37,946 bases of DNA from Catajapyx aquilonaris (lineage: Eukaryota), in NCBI GenBank assembly GCA_000934665.2, contig KZ538975.1, positions 1 to 37,946 on the forward strand, read 5' to 3'. Position 1 is the stretch's first letter; every line of letters begins with the position of its first letter. Both the position numbers and the translations under genes were made by a program. The notes below the pieces were generated by a model. It made no database searches and had not been told where the DNA came from. It was given only the letters and a program-made list of their open reading frames with translations. This document shows, in pieces, positions 25,001 to 37,000 of the stretch.

Positions 25001-28000
25001 TTAAAAATCCAAGTTACTTCTATATGGGTCATTCCATGTCAGTTGGGTCCCCTTTGTACCCTTGATGTGGCAGATTTGAATGATATTCATAGGTTATGGT
25101 GACCTAGCGCTGCTAAAACATTGTACCAAAGCGTTTTGAGATTTTTTTATTTTTACCTGTTTTTTTGGCGGGGGGAGGGGGGGTAATTTTGAGCCTTTTC
25201 TTTGAGAGCCATTTTTCATTTGGCTGTTTCTCCGCAACTAACCATGAGACAGATGTGCTTTTGATATCAATTTACTCAGAAAGGTTGATATAGGGTAATC
25301 CTATTCTATGGTTAATTTTTAAATTTTAAATTTGTGTGTTAAAAAGATTGAAATTGCAAATTTTAAACATTTAATTTTTAAAATTATGACACCTTATTTT
25401 TCGCTGGTTTTCACTTATGTTGTAGCCCTACATGTGAACTACATGTGGCCATATCAGTCCTGTTGGCTAGTATGATACTAAGGAAGATTGGGCCTCTTAA
25501 AGGGACACTCCACTCAAAATACAAGTTGGCCCCCAAAAATCGGGGAAAAAATCCTGATTCCGAATGTGCAATCGGTTTTTTTCTATGCCCAACGGTAACA
25601 CAGAAAATCATATATCTACACACGTCGTCTGCTAAGAAGGGCGATACAACAGCATCCCACGGCAAACAGGAGAAGTATAGTGTGCTCAAGAAACAACTGC
25701 CGCGCCAGGCGCGCTAGGCAACACTAGCGCCCCAGCTTCGCAAGTGTGTCATGGGACTGTCAGGAAGGGTAGAAAAATGGTCAATAGTATGGTAAATAAA
25801 CATTTTAAAGTCCAGGATGGATTTCACTGTTCAAATTACCACTGCATATGGTTCGAATACGTTCAGGTTTGAATTCACGGGCAGAGCTGAGCATACTCCA
25901 TTTCCCATTCCTGCCGCCAGGCGGCGAGGGTGTTGTGAACAGTAGCATACGGTTACAACCGTATCGCCAAAATACGAGTAATGAGCCGGTTCCCCTGGGG
26001 TCATCGTTCATCGGAAAAATTCATTATTGGTGTCGTTGGAATCGTATTTTTTTGCCCGATTTTTGGGGGCCAACTTGTATTTGGAGTGGAGTGTCCCTTT
26101 AAGTGAGACCCCCTCCATATATGTCGTCATTATGATGGGTACACCCAACATGCAAATCGCCCCCCACCTTGCTCAGTGCAAATGTTGATATTCAAGTTGG
26201 GATGATCACTGGTGAGAGTACGACACATGTAAGACTCCTTTGGTAGCCCACACCCCCCCTCCCCAAGCAAACCCATGCCTCCCACCCCACAAACACAAAT
26301 TGATTTGTCAGTTCGGCCCCGTTTGGACCCTTCATGTGGCGGATTTTTATGATTTTCTGGGTTTTCGATGACACAGAGATGCTAAAACATTGTACCAAAG
26401 CGTTTTGAAAAATATTGACTTTTGCCGATATTTGGGGGAGTGATAATTTCATTCCAGACTCTTCTTCTTTTGGCCTTTTCTCTGGAACTAATCAAGATAC
26501 AGAAGTGAATTTGTTGTCATTGTACTCAGAAATACTGGTAGAAGCGTAAGCCATGGTAAAATGTGAAATTGAAATTTTGTTTGTTAAATATGTTTAAAAT
26601 TTAAACATTTTTAGCAAACAAAATTAAAATTTTACATTTTACCATGGCGTATGCTTCTACCCCCTTCCTGCCCCTTTGTCACGTGACATTTTTTGTTCCT
26701 ATTGAGACTGCATTCGTTCTTGACAATGCAAGACATATAACAGCGGTATATTAAAAGCGATGAACATTATTAAACAAATTTTTAATGTTTCGATTTTAAA
26801 ATTTAAACATTTTTAGCAAACAAAATTTAAATTTACATTTTACCATGGCGTACGCTTCTACCAGTATACTTATAACTTGTATTTTGAGTGGAGTGCCCCT
26901 TTAAAAGAGATGAACATTATTAAAGAGCCCATTGTACGGGGGGTAAAAACTGTACTGATTCATCAAAATAGTATTTAAAAATGTCTCACATATTAAGGAA
27001 CTAGATCCAAAAGGAAGTGTGCCCTTCCATTTTCACCATGTATAAATGTCATGAGATATATACTCAGCCCCCCCCCTCTCCCCCCCCCCCNCCCCCCCCC
27101 CCCCAGCAGCATCACGTAATTCATGGATGGCCCCTTAGCAAAAAAGAAAGCAATTTCGCAGTTACGTAAAATCCGACTTACATATAATGTTGCAAAACAA
27201 TCCACTTATGTAAGTTGGGGACTGGTTGTTTTGTCAAGTACACCACTGGAAAAAATTGCCTTGTACCCCCCCACAAGCAGCGCTAAATGCAGGCAAGAGT
27301 GAAAGCATGCATAAGCACGAGTTGATTTGTCAAACTGAACAGTGCAAACCTTGTCTGTCTGAATCAGCTACAGAAGTGCCTGCTTGAGGTGACGCCTCTG
27401 GATCAACATTCTTCTTCTTTCCTGGGCTCTTCTTGCCCGCATCCTTCCCATCTTTCCTCTCCTTCTTGCCTGCATCCTTTGTTTCTTTCACATCTTTCTT
27501 CGGCCCCAAATGTGTTGTTGTCCTATCAGAATCCTTCGAACCATGAGAACACAAGGCAGTAACACCAATCACCTTATAATCAGATTTGGGAATTTCCTGC
27601 GTAAAAAAAATTACAAGGTGATTAGCAAATTCCTAAAAATGACTTTGATTCTTATGAGATACACAGGTATGTCTACCTTTTCAATTTCAGTTTCATCTTT
27701 CTTCAGCACAAGCTGTTTTATTATCTGAACAGAAGCCGTTGAATCTTGAGAAGAACCCAAGTCTACTACCTCAATCTTATCGGACTTGGGAGTTTCCTGC
27801 ACACAAAAAATTACAAGGTGATTAGCAAATTCCTAAAAATGACTTTGATTCTTATGAGATACACAGGTATGTCTACCTTTTCAATTTCAGTTTCATCTTT
27901 CTTCGGCACAAGCTGTTTAGTTATCTGAACAGAAGCCGCTGAATCTTGAGAAGAACCCAAGTCTACTACCTCAATCTTATCGGACTTGGGAGATTCCTGC

Positions 28001-31000
28001 ACACAAAATATTAATACAAAGTGATTAAGAAAATACATAAAAATTGAGGCGCTCAGAGGAAGAACGGCTTATCCCAACCGGAGTTTGTTTTGAGAAAAGT
28101 GGCTTTTTGTGCTTTGCTTTGCCATGCAGCTAAAGCTATGGACAAATTTTACAAGTGGAATATGTGAGCTTTGACATGTCCCAATACATTTGGTACTTCA
28201 GCACATGAAAGGTAGATAGATGGAGAGTACAACAGCACTACATATACTCAAAATTGGAAGTAGGTTGGGATATACCATTCTTCCTCTGAGCGCCTCAATT
28301 ACTTTGATTCTTATGATATATACAGGGTGTTCAAGTATGTGGGTTGCTTTAGTTATACAAAATTTTGCTCAAAGCGGTTACATTTTTGTAGCTTGTTGCA
28401 CCCTAGTCCAGGTGCCCCATTACTCCCAGGTGCCAAATATAGCAGTTGCTATACAGGGTGTATATTGTAATTCAGGACAAACTTCTAGGGTGTGTAGGGG
28501 CTGTCTAGGGAAGCAATTTTTGATCCGACTCCCATGGTCAGAAAACAATCCCAATGGCACTACAGGGCCATTAGCATCCCATTATTGTAACACTCCAATA
28601 TTGTTGTACAGTGTTGGTCATAAATAGAGGCATACTGCCAGCGACATTTTCCAAAGCGGCAGAAGAAAATGTTGCTAGCAATATGTCTCGATTTATGACC
28701 AACACTGTACAGGGGACCCCGCCTAACCTGACTGCTACATAATTGTTTCGCTAAGTTATGGTCAATGGAAATCTGCTGAACTAACCCCTGGAACCTCCCA
28801 CTTTTCCTGTTTCCATGGAAATGCCCTTGCACAACAATAGGAATAAACATCGACAACAATAGAACCATGATAGAAGACTGTTTACATCCACGTTTACTCC
28901 TACTGTTGTGTGAGGGCATCCCTGTTGTGTGAGGAAAAGTGGGAGGTTCCAGGGGTTAATTCAGGTGATTTGCATTGACTATAACTTAGTAAGTGACACG
29001 ATTACGTCACTGTCAGGTTAGGTCTCCCATGCAACAACATTGGGGTGTTGCAATCAAGGGATTGGTTTCTGACCATGGGAGTCCCATCTCCAATTGCTTC
29101 CCTAGGCAGCACCTACACACCATATAAGTCAGTCCCGAATTACAATATACACCCTGTATAATAGGGAACCTAGATCAGGGGGCAACAAGCTACTCATAAA
29201 TAACTACAGGGTGGGCACGTAAGGGGACATGTTTGATGAGCAGTCAGTCAATAAGAAAATTTAACGAAAGTAAATAAAACTACAAGAACACATGTATAGA
29301 GTCAGGAAAACATAATGCATACCGAATTTCCAACCTGGGCCAATTTAGGTAAACTTGGGCACCATTCAAGTAAATGAAAGCTTGAAGTATTATTTTGCCC
29401 TTCTCTCATGTTATTATGCTGATCACTATAGGAATTGAATTCAACTCCTCAATAATAACTTGGCGAAGATGAGTCACGTCACGTTTTGAATGATTTGGCA
29501 TGCCTGTACACTTGATTTTTAAAAATATCCGCAAAGGAAAACGTCAGCTGGCATAAGGTAAAGGGAGAGTACGGCCCATTTCCCAAAGCTTGCATCGACA
29601 TGAATGGTGCCCATAAGTTGACCCAAGTTGGAAATAATGTTTTCCTGACTCTATACATGTTTTCATGTAGTTTTATTAGCTTTCATTAAATTTTCTTATT
29701 GACTTATTGCTCATAAAACATGTGCCCCTTACTTCGTGACCACCCTGTACTTTGGGCAACATTAGCGATCACTTAAAACAACCCTGATATCTGGAACATC
29801 CTGTATTTCATGCTTAGTGGATATTCCGTTGGAATCCTCATTAAATACCAAGTGAATCAAGCAACAATTAAACTACTAGGGACATTAAATTCAACATTAG
29901 GACGCATTAAAACTGGTCCACTCTTGACGCAAGTGATATGTTGTCACTTTCACCAAGTACATGGGTTTAAGTCCTGATGTCATGTTGGGCATACAAGGTG
30001 TTTAGAAAAGTAGACGATACCATTATGAATAAAAATTCCTGTAGCATTTTGTTGTTAAAACTATGGCATGCTACAACCCTTGCAATGTTTGGGCAAAAAT
30101 GTCAAAACACAGTAAAAGCTAGATATAACACTCCCACATATAACGCTATCCTGCTTATAACACTCCTTTTTTCTGGTCCCTTGATCAGCCCCATAAGGCC
30201 AACGGTAAATGTTCCTGCATGTAGCGCTTCCCGCTTGGTTTGTTGGGCGAGTAATGTGGCAAATTCTCAACGGAAGGGAGGCTCTGTTGAGCTGCTATGC
30301 TTGCTGCGGCCTGGCCAGGTATGGCCTGAGACCCACGGGAGAAGGGGTGTAAGGTGGACTCCAAAGCAAGCTGGTATTATGGGAGCGATGAGTAATTGAC
30401 AACAAGCAATGAATAGCAAGCCATTTTTTCCATACACTTTGGATGCACTTTGTGGGATAGTGTAAGGTGGTGGGCCTTGTGGCCATGAACATTGCGGAGA
30501 GGCGGCTTATGTTACCTATGACTCTAGTTAGTCACTATGGTTTTGGATGCATCAGGGGATATTTTTGGAGTCTACATGGTACTCTACAGGGAGGTCAGAT
30601 CAGGTTAACGCTGATTGTTGGCATCCATTTACATAGCAACAGCGAAGGCATTCATTTCCTGAGAAAATGACAAATTAAATCACATTTCCCCCATATAATG
30701 ATAATTTTGGGTAGTCCCTTGAAGAGCTTTATATAGAGATTTTACTGTAGTAATTTTGCTAATCAGTGATATGTCCACATATGCAATATTAATGATTGAA
30801 AAATTCATCACTGACCCAGTTTCATACACAATTACACATTAACATGCTCCATTCATACAAATAGTGCAGATCAAAATGTTCAGTGCTACTCATTAAGAAC
30901 AAATTAACCTTCCTACGCCTCCCCCCATAAGACTCTTCAAACGTCGCTGCATGACGTAATCATAGGGGAAAAAATCCATATCTCACCAACGCAATGTGTT

Positions 31001-34000
31001 AAGGTGCGTTCACATGTGAGCGATTTGACCAGAAAAGTCTTCGTCGAGTGGTAACATGGCTGAGTAACCCAAGTAACAAGTATTGTCTGAGGCGAAAATC
31101 AATTGGCACTTTCACCTCAAACAATATTGGTTACTTCGCTTATCAAATTGCTCTCATGTAAACGTACCTTTAGCCCCACACACATGCTGCCTACATCATT
31201 CGAACCACATTGAAAGGATGCTCCCTCCAGATCTACTGTGTCAGTCCCACAGTCAAGGCCGTGCATAGCATAACAGCTATAAGTATTTCTATGCATCTAC
31301 TCGGGGGTCGGAAAAAATGTAGTGCTGAAGTTTACAGAATCAAACAATGATTCCATGCGAAATATTGCTTAGAATCCGTTCTAATTAATTGCTAAATTCC
31401 CAGAATTGAGCTAGTCTTCATACAATCCCTATCATAGTGCATAGCATTTGTTCCAATATGGCCGCCTGAGGATGACGTCCTACCATAAGGTCAGACGAAA
31501 CAGTAGAGCATGTAATTTTTGTGGTGAGTTCTCCCTGGGTTGCTTGTGAATATGCCAAAAACCGCATTCATTTAAGCCTTATAGAATGTCTGCAAAAAAT
31601 TCATGAAAATTCAAAATCCCACCTGGTGTCATCGCTGCGGTGGGAGAGTTCAGTGACACTAAATGACTTAAAGAATGCGGTAAGTAACAGCAATTCGGAA
31701 TTATCACAATGTGATTAGTACCTTAAATGAACAGGTTGCATTTCTTGTATTCTTTTACTGTCTTTTGTGCTAAATGAGCACCAATGAACATTCTGACCTG
31801 CACTATTCATATTAGTAAGGAATACTTATACATAAACATGCATCAAATTAGGAATTCATCAATCCTTAATGGATATTGCGTTTGCACAAATCACAGCTTA
31901 CCAAAATCACCCTTTACCCCTATGACGACTAGATTGCTTGGTCATTGCCTTACTCTTGGGCATGAGTCTTCCCCCCCCCCCCCCCNCCCCCCTTCCGGAA
32001 ATTTGATTAGGAGTGACATTAATAAATAATAATCCTCATACTACCCTGACTACCTCCGGACTACCCCCTGGACTACCTGGATTGCCCCCAGACTACCCTT
32101 AGTGAATAACCCCTCGACTCCCAAGGGACACTTTCCAAGTGCCACTCACCGATTTTCTTGAAATTCGGCGCATTGACCTCTGCCCCCTTCAAAAATGGGT
32201 CACAGGGTCATTTTGAGCAGGTAACTTTAGGTGAGGTTTTCATCCCTTGGGGTGGGCTACCAATGCATAGAATGTCAAGAAAATCGGTGAGTGGCACTTG
32301 GACAGTGTCCCAACTTGTCAGGCCATCTGCAAGAACAGCCATTTAAAAAACCCATTGGTGCAAGCAGACTAGCAGAGGTGCAAGCCAAATGCGTGGCAGT
32401 TGAGATACCATCCATGAGATGGAAGTCTGAGAAGTTTACAAGTCCCTGCTGCCCTCTGCATAGGAATAATAACACGGGCAAATCTCATATCATCATATGA
32501 TGCCCTTAAGTCCTCAAAGGGTCAAAAACTGTGGCCAAAGCATTACTTGAACCAGCCCCTGGACACTACCCCTATAATCTTATCTTATCGCCTGCCGGGG
32601 CGTTTTGCGTGAGGTGCTCACCTGAGAGCGCCGTGAGACCTTTCACTGCTATATTACGTGGCGACCCTACCGGACTACGCTGAACTTTATAGGTACGAAA
32701 GGGAAGCGCTACATTGGGGGACCCAACATGATTGCCGGCGGCCATGTTGGGCCCTCATGTAACGCAGAGCTGCCAACCCTACCCCCCTAAAAATGAGGGG
32801 GATTGGCCATCTGAGAGGGGGATTTTCATATAAAGTCAAAATCAAATTATAGGAATGTTTCAGGCACATTTACTTACCAGTAAGTACTTTGTTATAGGTT
32901 ACAGTAGCTTTTTTGGCTGTAAGAAGAACTTCCTTAGGGGGTTTAAATGTGGCTGAATTTAAGTTTTCCATTTTGACAGTCATAATAGATGACAGTGTTC
33001 CAGTAATAGGCTACCTCGAAATTCGGTCTTGTTTTTTCTAATCATGCTGAACACACGTTCCTCAGCAGCATTTGAGTGAGGTCAGCCCTATGACACTCCA
33101 CGAATCAGGTAGTGTAATAAATTCTGTGTCCCATCGTTCGCTAAGATGCCATCTTGTTCAAGGTGCAACTCCTGTGGCAGGTAGCGGGTAGTCTGTCGCG
33201 ATTGGCTGGATCTTTCTTCGGCAGACTTACCACTTGAGTAGCCTGAGTAGCATACACCTTGAAAAAGATGGCGGATAGCGAACGATGTAGCGCGGCCAGC
33301 GCCAAATTCCCAGCCTGGTGGAGACACAGAAATTAAACTACCGTATCCATACAACTAGGGGGGAAGTGACACGGGGCTGAGTGAGGTAGTACTAGTACTA
33401 AATATAAAAATTTAACGATAATCTCTACGGCGAGGAAATAACCCTGCATGCGGGGGAGGAGAACACGTAAATGCGGGAGGGTTGGCAGCTCTGTGTAACG
33501 GCTTCCCTTCTACCTTAGTTCAGCGTAGTCCGGTAGGGTCTCCACATAATACAGCAGTGAAAAGCTGTCTCATGGCGCTCTCAAGTGAGCACCTCATGCT
33601 AAACACCCGGCAGGCAATAAGAGGGAGTGTCTAGACCTTAGTATTCCAAGACCATGACTTGAACTCTAGCTTGACCCCAAAATACAGTAATTTTTATGAA
33701 GTTTACAATTTTCTGACCAAACCATAACAGGAAAAAACAATAACACTAACTTTATGGGATCAGAATGGGGCAAGTGACATGCCTGAATTTTTCCAAATAT
33801 TAGCACAACAGCAACATCTTAAATAAAACTGTTACCATTTTAACTATTATGAAACTGTTTCAAGAGGGGTGCAGGATAATGCAGGTATGCCAACACTGAC
33901 CTACATTTTATTGAATATTGATGTCCCCGTTTAGTAAATCTTTTGGGGTGAAAAACCTTTGGCCATTCATTCACACCATCTGCTGGTGTAGCCCCATTGT

Positions 34001-37000
34001 AACGTGAGTGTAAGCAGTGCACTAGTTTATTCCAGTGCAGCGGATGCAGGGGGCATGGCCTTGTTATACTGCATTCATTTATTCCAGTGTAAGGACTGGT
34101 GCACATTTGGACTGGAAAGTGCAAGGCCAGTGTAAGGTTTCTTGCACCAGCTTACCCTGTGATATCAAGACACTGTCCCTTACACTACACAAGTCTATAA
34201 GCAAATAGATGCAATATTAATTTTAGACAGCCCTCTGAATAGGTTCTACTAACACTAATTTATTTTTACTCATCGACATTATTTAATTATGTCATGGTTG
34301 CCACACCTTATACAGCACACACGAGGGAGAAGCTAGAGTACATGTGACAACAGGTCAAGTTAGTCATAGCTCGGCTGTTTTCATAAAGCAATTCAACTTT
34401 GGAGGATCATATTTCATGCTAATCCTGACCCATGCCCAGCTCGAAGTGGGTCACAGCTGTGTAGGTGGGAGAGGGACACTAATGGCTGTGCCACACCTTT
34501 TCCTCAGCAAAAAAAGCAGCACATCCTTTTTTGTGACCATAATTGATAAAAAACTGCATCAATTTCATTGGATTGTATTTTCTGATCTTTCCGAGGTTCA
34601 CATACAAGCATATAACGAGTATCTCTGGCAAGCCCAGATATTTCTGCAGCCAGTAGGATCAATTTTGCAATGCTTACTTAACCTTGAAAGTAGAAACAAC
34701 AATTTTTTTCAACAATGTGCACCCACACATCCAAATATGCACAATGGTAATTAATGTAGTAACCCCAGGGAAATAGGTCCTAGTCAGGATAACTGCATAC
34801 TTTGTTGAGTGGCTTTCTCACATGAGAAAACACTCATGGATGCCTCAGCAGCCAGACATTTATAACAGGGCAAGAATGGGTTTCTGTGCACAGGGGCAGT
34901 TGCCTTGCAGATGCTCCCTAAAACAGTGTTGCCAAAAATTTTTACCAAGATGTTATATGTTCCCATCACTATCTAGCAACTTATGGTTTGCTGGCTGACT
35001 TGGATCTCTCACCCTAGGGCTACTTCTCAGTTCTGAGAAAAAACTAGTTTCATCCTGAGAGTAAAGATTTTTTTTCCAAATATTTCTAGTTGCCTTCAGA
35101 TGGAAAAGTGGTCAGTGGGGTCATGTCTCCTTACCTCTTGCAAGCCCCATCCCTTTTCCTGTCCAATTATACATACACTGTCTGGCAGCAACACCAAGCC
35201 AAAGTTCATGTCAATTCAAAAAAACAACAAAGAAAGTTAGCCAGGAAAGCAAATAATCTCTAGGACACCTATTTTGCTTGGTCCATGAATGTTTTTGGTG
35301 CAAATGGGGTTTGACAGTAGTATGCACTAGAACAATGAAACCTGGTATTGTAAACCATGGATACCCAGCTCACATATTGGGGGCCAAAGTGTTCGATTTT
35401 TTATTTAAAGATTCAAATGGCTGCAGAAGGCCCTATAAATCTGCAGTGATTTGTAATTCAATATTTATGGCACTGGTATATGTTAAATGTATTTTTTGTG
35501 TGCCATATTTAACCCCAAAACCGACACTTAATTAAACTGATGATTGCACAATATTTTCTACACCATGTGGCAATCCTTCAAAGCAGGGTACCTACATGGG
35601 ATAACTCATCAGGTGCGTTAACCCTCAAACGGTGGTGTGGGAACTTTTTGTGGCCATCGCCGCTATTTTTGCTATGACATTGAAAATCTACCACATATGA
35701 GCTTCATATTTTAGGACATCTTAGTTTGATTCCATTTGTGACTAATGGCATTTAGTTTAAATTTTTAGAGTAAATAGCACAATCAGGAAAAAAATTCACA
35801 TGCCAGTTGGGGCCAAGAGTGCATGTCATCACTTCCTGCCTTACAGAGGGGGGAGTACTAATAAGCTCAGGTCCCCCCTCTGGAAAGATTAGTGATTCAT
35901 GAAGCCAGAGCTGGCTTCATGAATTTTTTCATGGTTTTGGGCTTTCATAAGGAAACCGGTTCGGCCTCTCAGGTGACACGCTCACATTATGGCCCCAAAT
36001 ACGCATCAGTGCATAATTTCTTTTTTACGATTGTACTATCTGCTCAAAAATTATAAACTAAATGCCATTCATCGCAGAAGGAATCAACTCAAGATTGCTT
36101 TAATGATGAAGTCCAAATGTGCTACATTTCCCTAGTTATAACAAAAAATGTGACGTCACAAAAAGTGCCCATGTCACCGGAGGAAGAACTTCTTGCACAT
36201 GGACCATCATAGGATTAAATGTTAGTTTCAGTGAAAATGTCACTCAAAATATTGGCAGCTGATGATGTTCCTGGCACCTTCCGTAGCCATGTGAAACTTC
36301 AAAAATTGTAAATTATCAGTCCTTTAAGGCCAATACCTAAGCTCTATATCCGTGGCTTGCATTATGATTTTTCACTTTTCTAGTACTTACTATGACCCGC
36401 CATTTGCACCAAAAATCTTTGGCCCATATACATACATAATGGCTTTCCGAATACAAAGTCAGGGTTACTACCAACTCAACCTTGGGTTCAGCTCTCGACT
36501 TACTCTTGACCAGAGTTCCACAACCATATGATTTGTGCAGTCATCATGTAGTCGCAAGCATCAAGATGTGGACGGTAGACCAGAGCTCTTCCTCAGGTTT
36601 ACTGCCCACATCTTTATGCTCACAACTGTACCTGGGCCTTAGTGGGTCAAGCAAATTGGTTTCCTACAGATTACCGATCATATTGGCTAACATGCTTTGA
36701 CCCCGCAGATGACTCCAGTCAAGCTTGTTTCTAATGAGCCTGGTTGAGCCCATAAAAATTCAAACCCACAGTGAGTGAGTAATGGTTCTGCTGCCACCCA
36801 CAGTGCTGCAGACTTGATATACAGATTTTGATTTCATCCCTTCCACTTACATAACATGCCACTTTTTTGACCTTAACCAACAACAACAAAACTGGGGGAA
36901 AATAATATTTACTCATAACATAAGTTCCTATTGCATTACCCCACTTGAAGCATGTAGGTACAATTAATTCATCAAACTTAAGTTTCAGTGATCAAAATAC

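Larger units (their letters stand above)
27601..28000. repeat. 200-bp x2 tandem duplication (120-bp exon + 80-bp intron)
   Basis: Units 27601-27800 and 27801-28000 differ at 8 positions by manual alignment. Confidence 0.95.
28323..29803. mobile_element. Outer Tc1/mariner-type MITE hosting nested MITEs
   Basis: TA-flanked imperfect TIRs CAGGGTGTTCAAG / CTGGAACATCCTG. Confidence 0.65.
32553..33656 (-). mobile_element. hAT deletion derivative (family A) retaining a transposase C-terminal fragment
   Basis: 8-bp TSD ACTTGAAC at 32545-32552 and 33657-33664; ends CAGCCCCTGGACACT / CCAAGACCATG; long subterminal inverted repeats. Confidence 0.88.

Noticed and set aside
32870..32972. Host-gene exon ending in a strong G|GTAAGT donor
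   Set aside because: It is the tail of the hAT transposase remnant, and its phase-1 donor is incompatible with the phase-0 acceptor at 27997.
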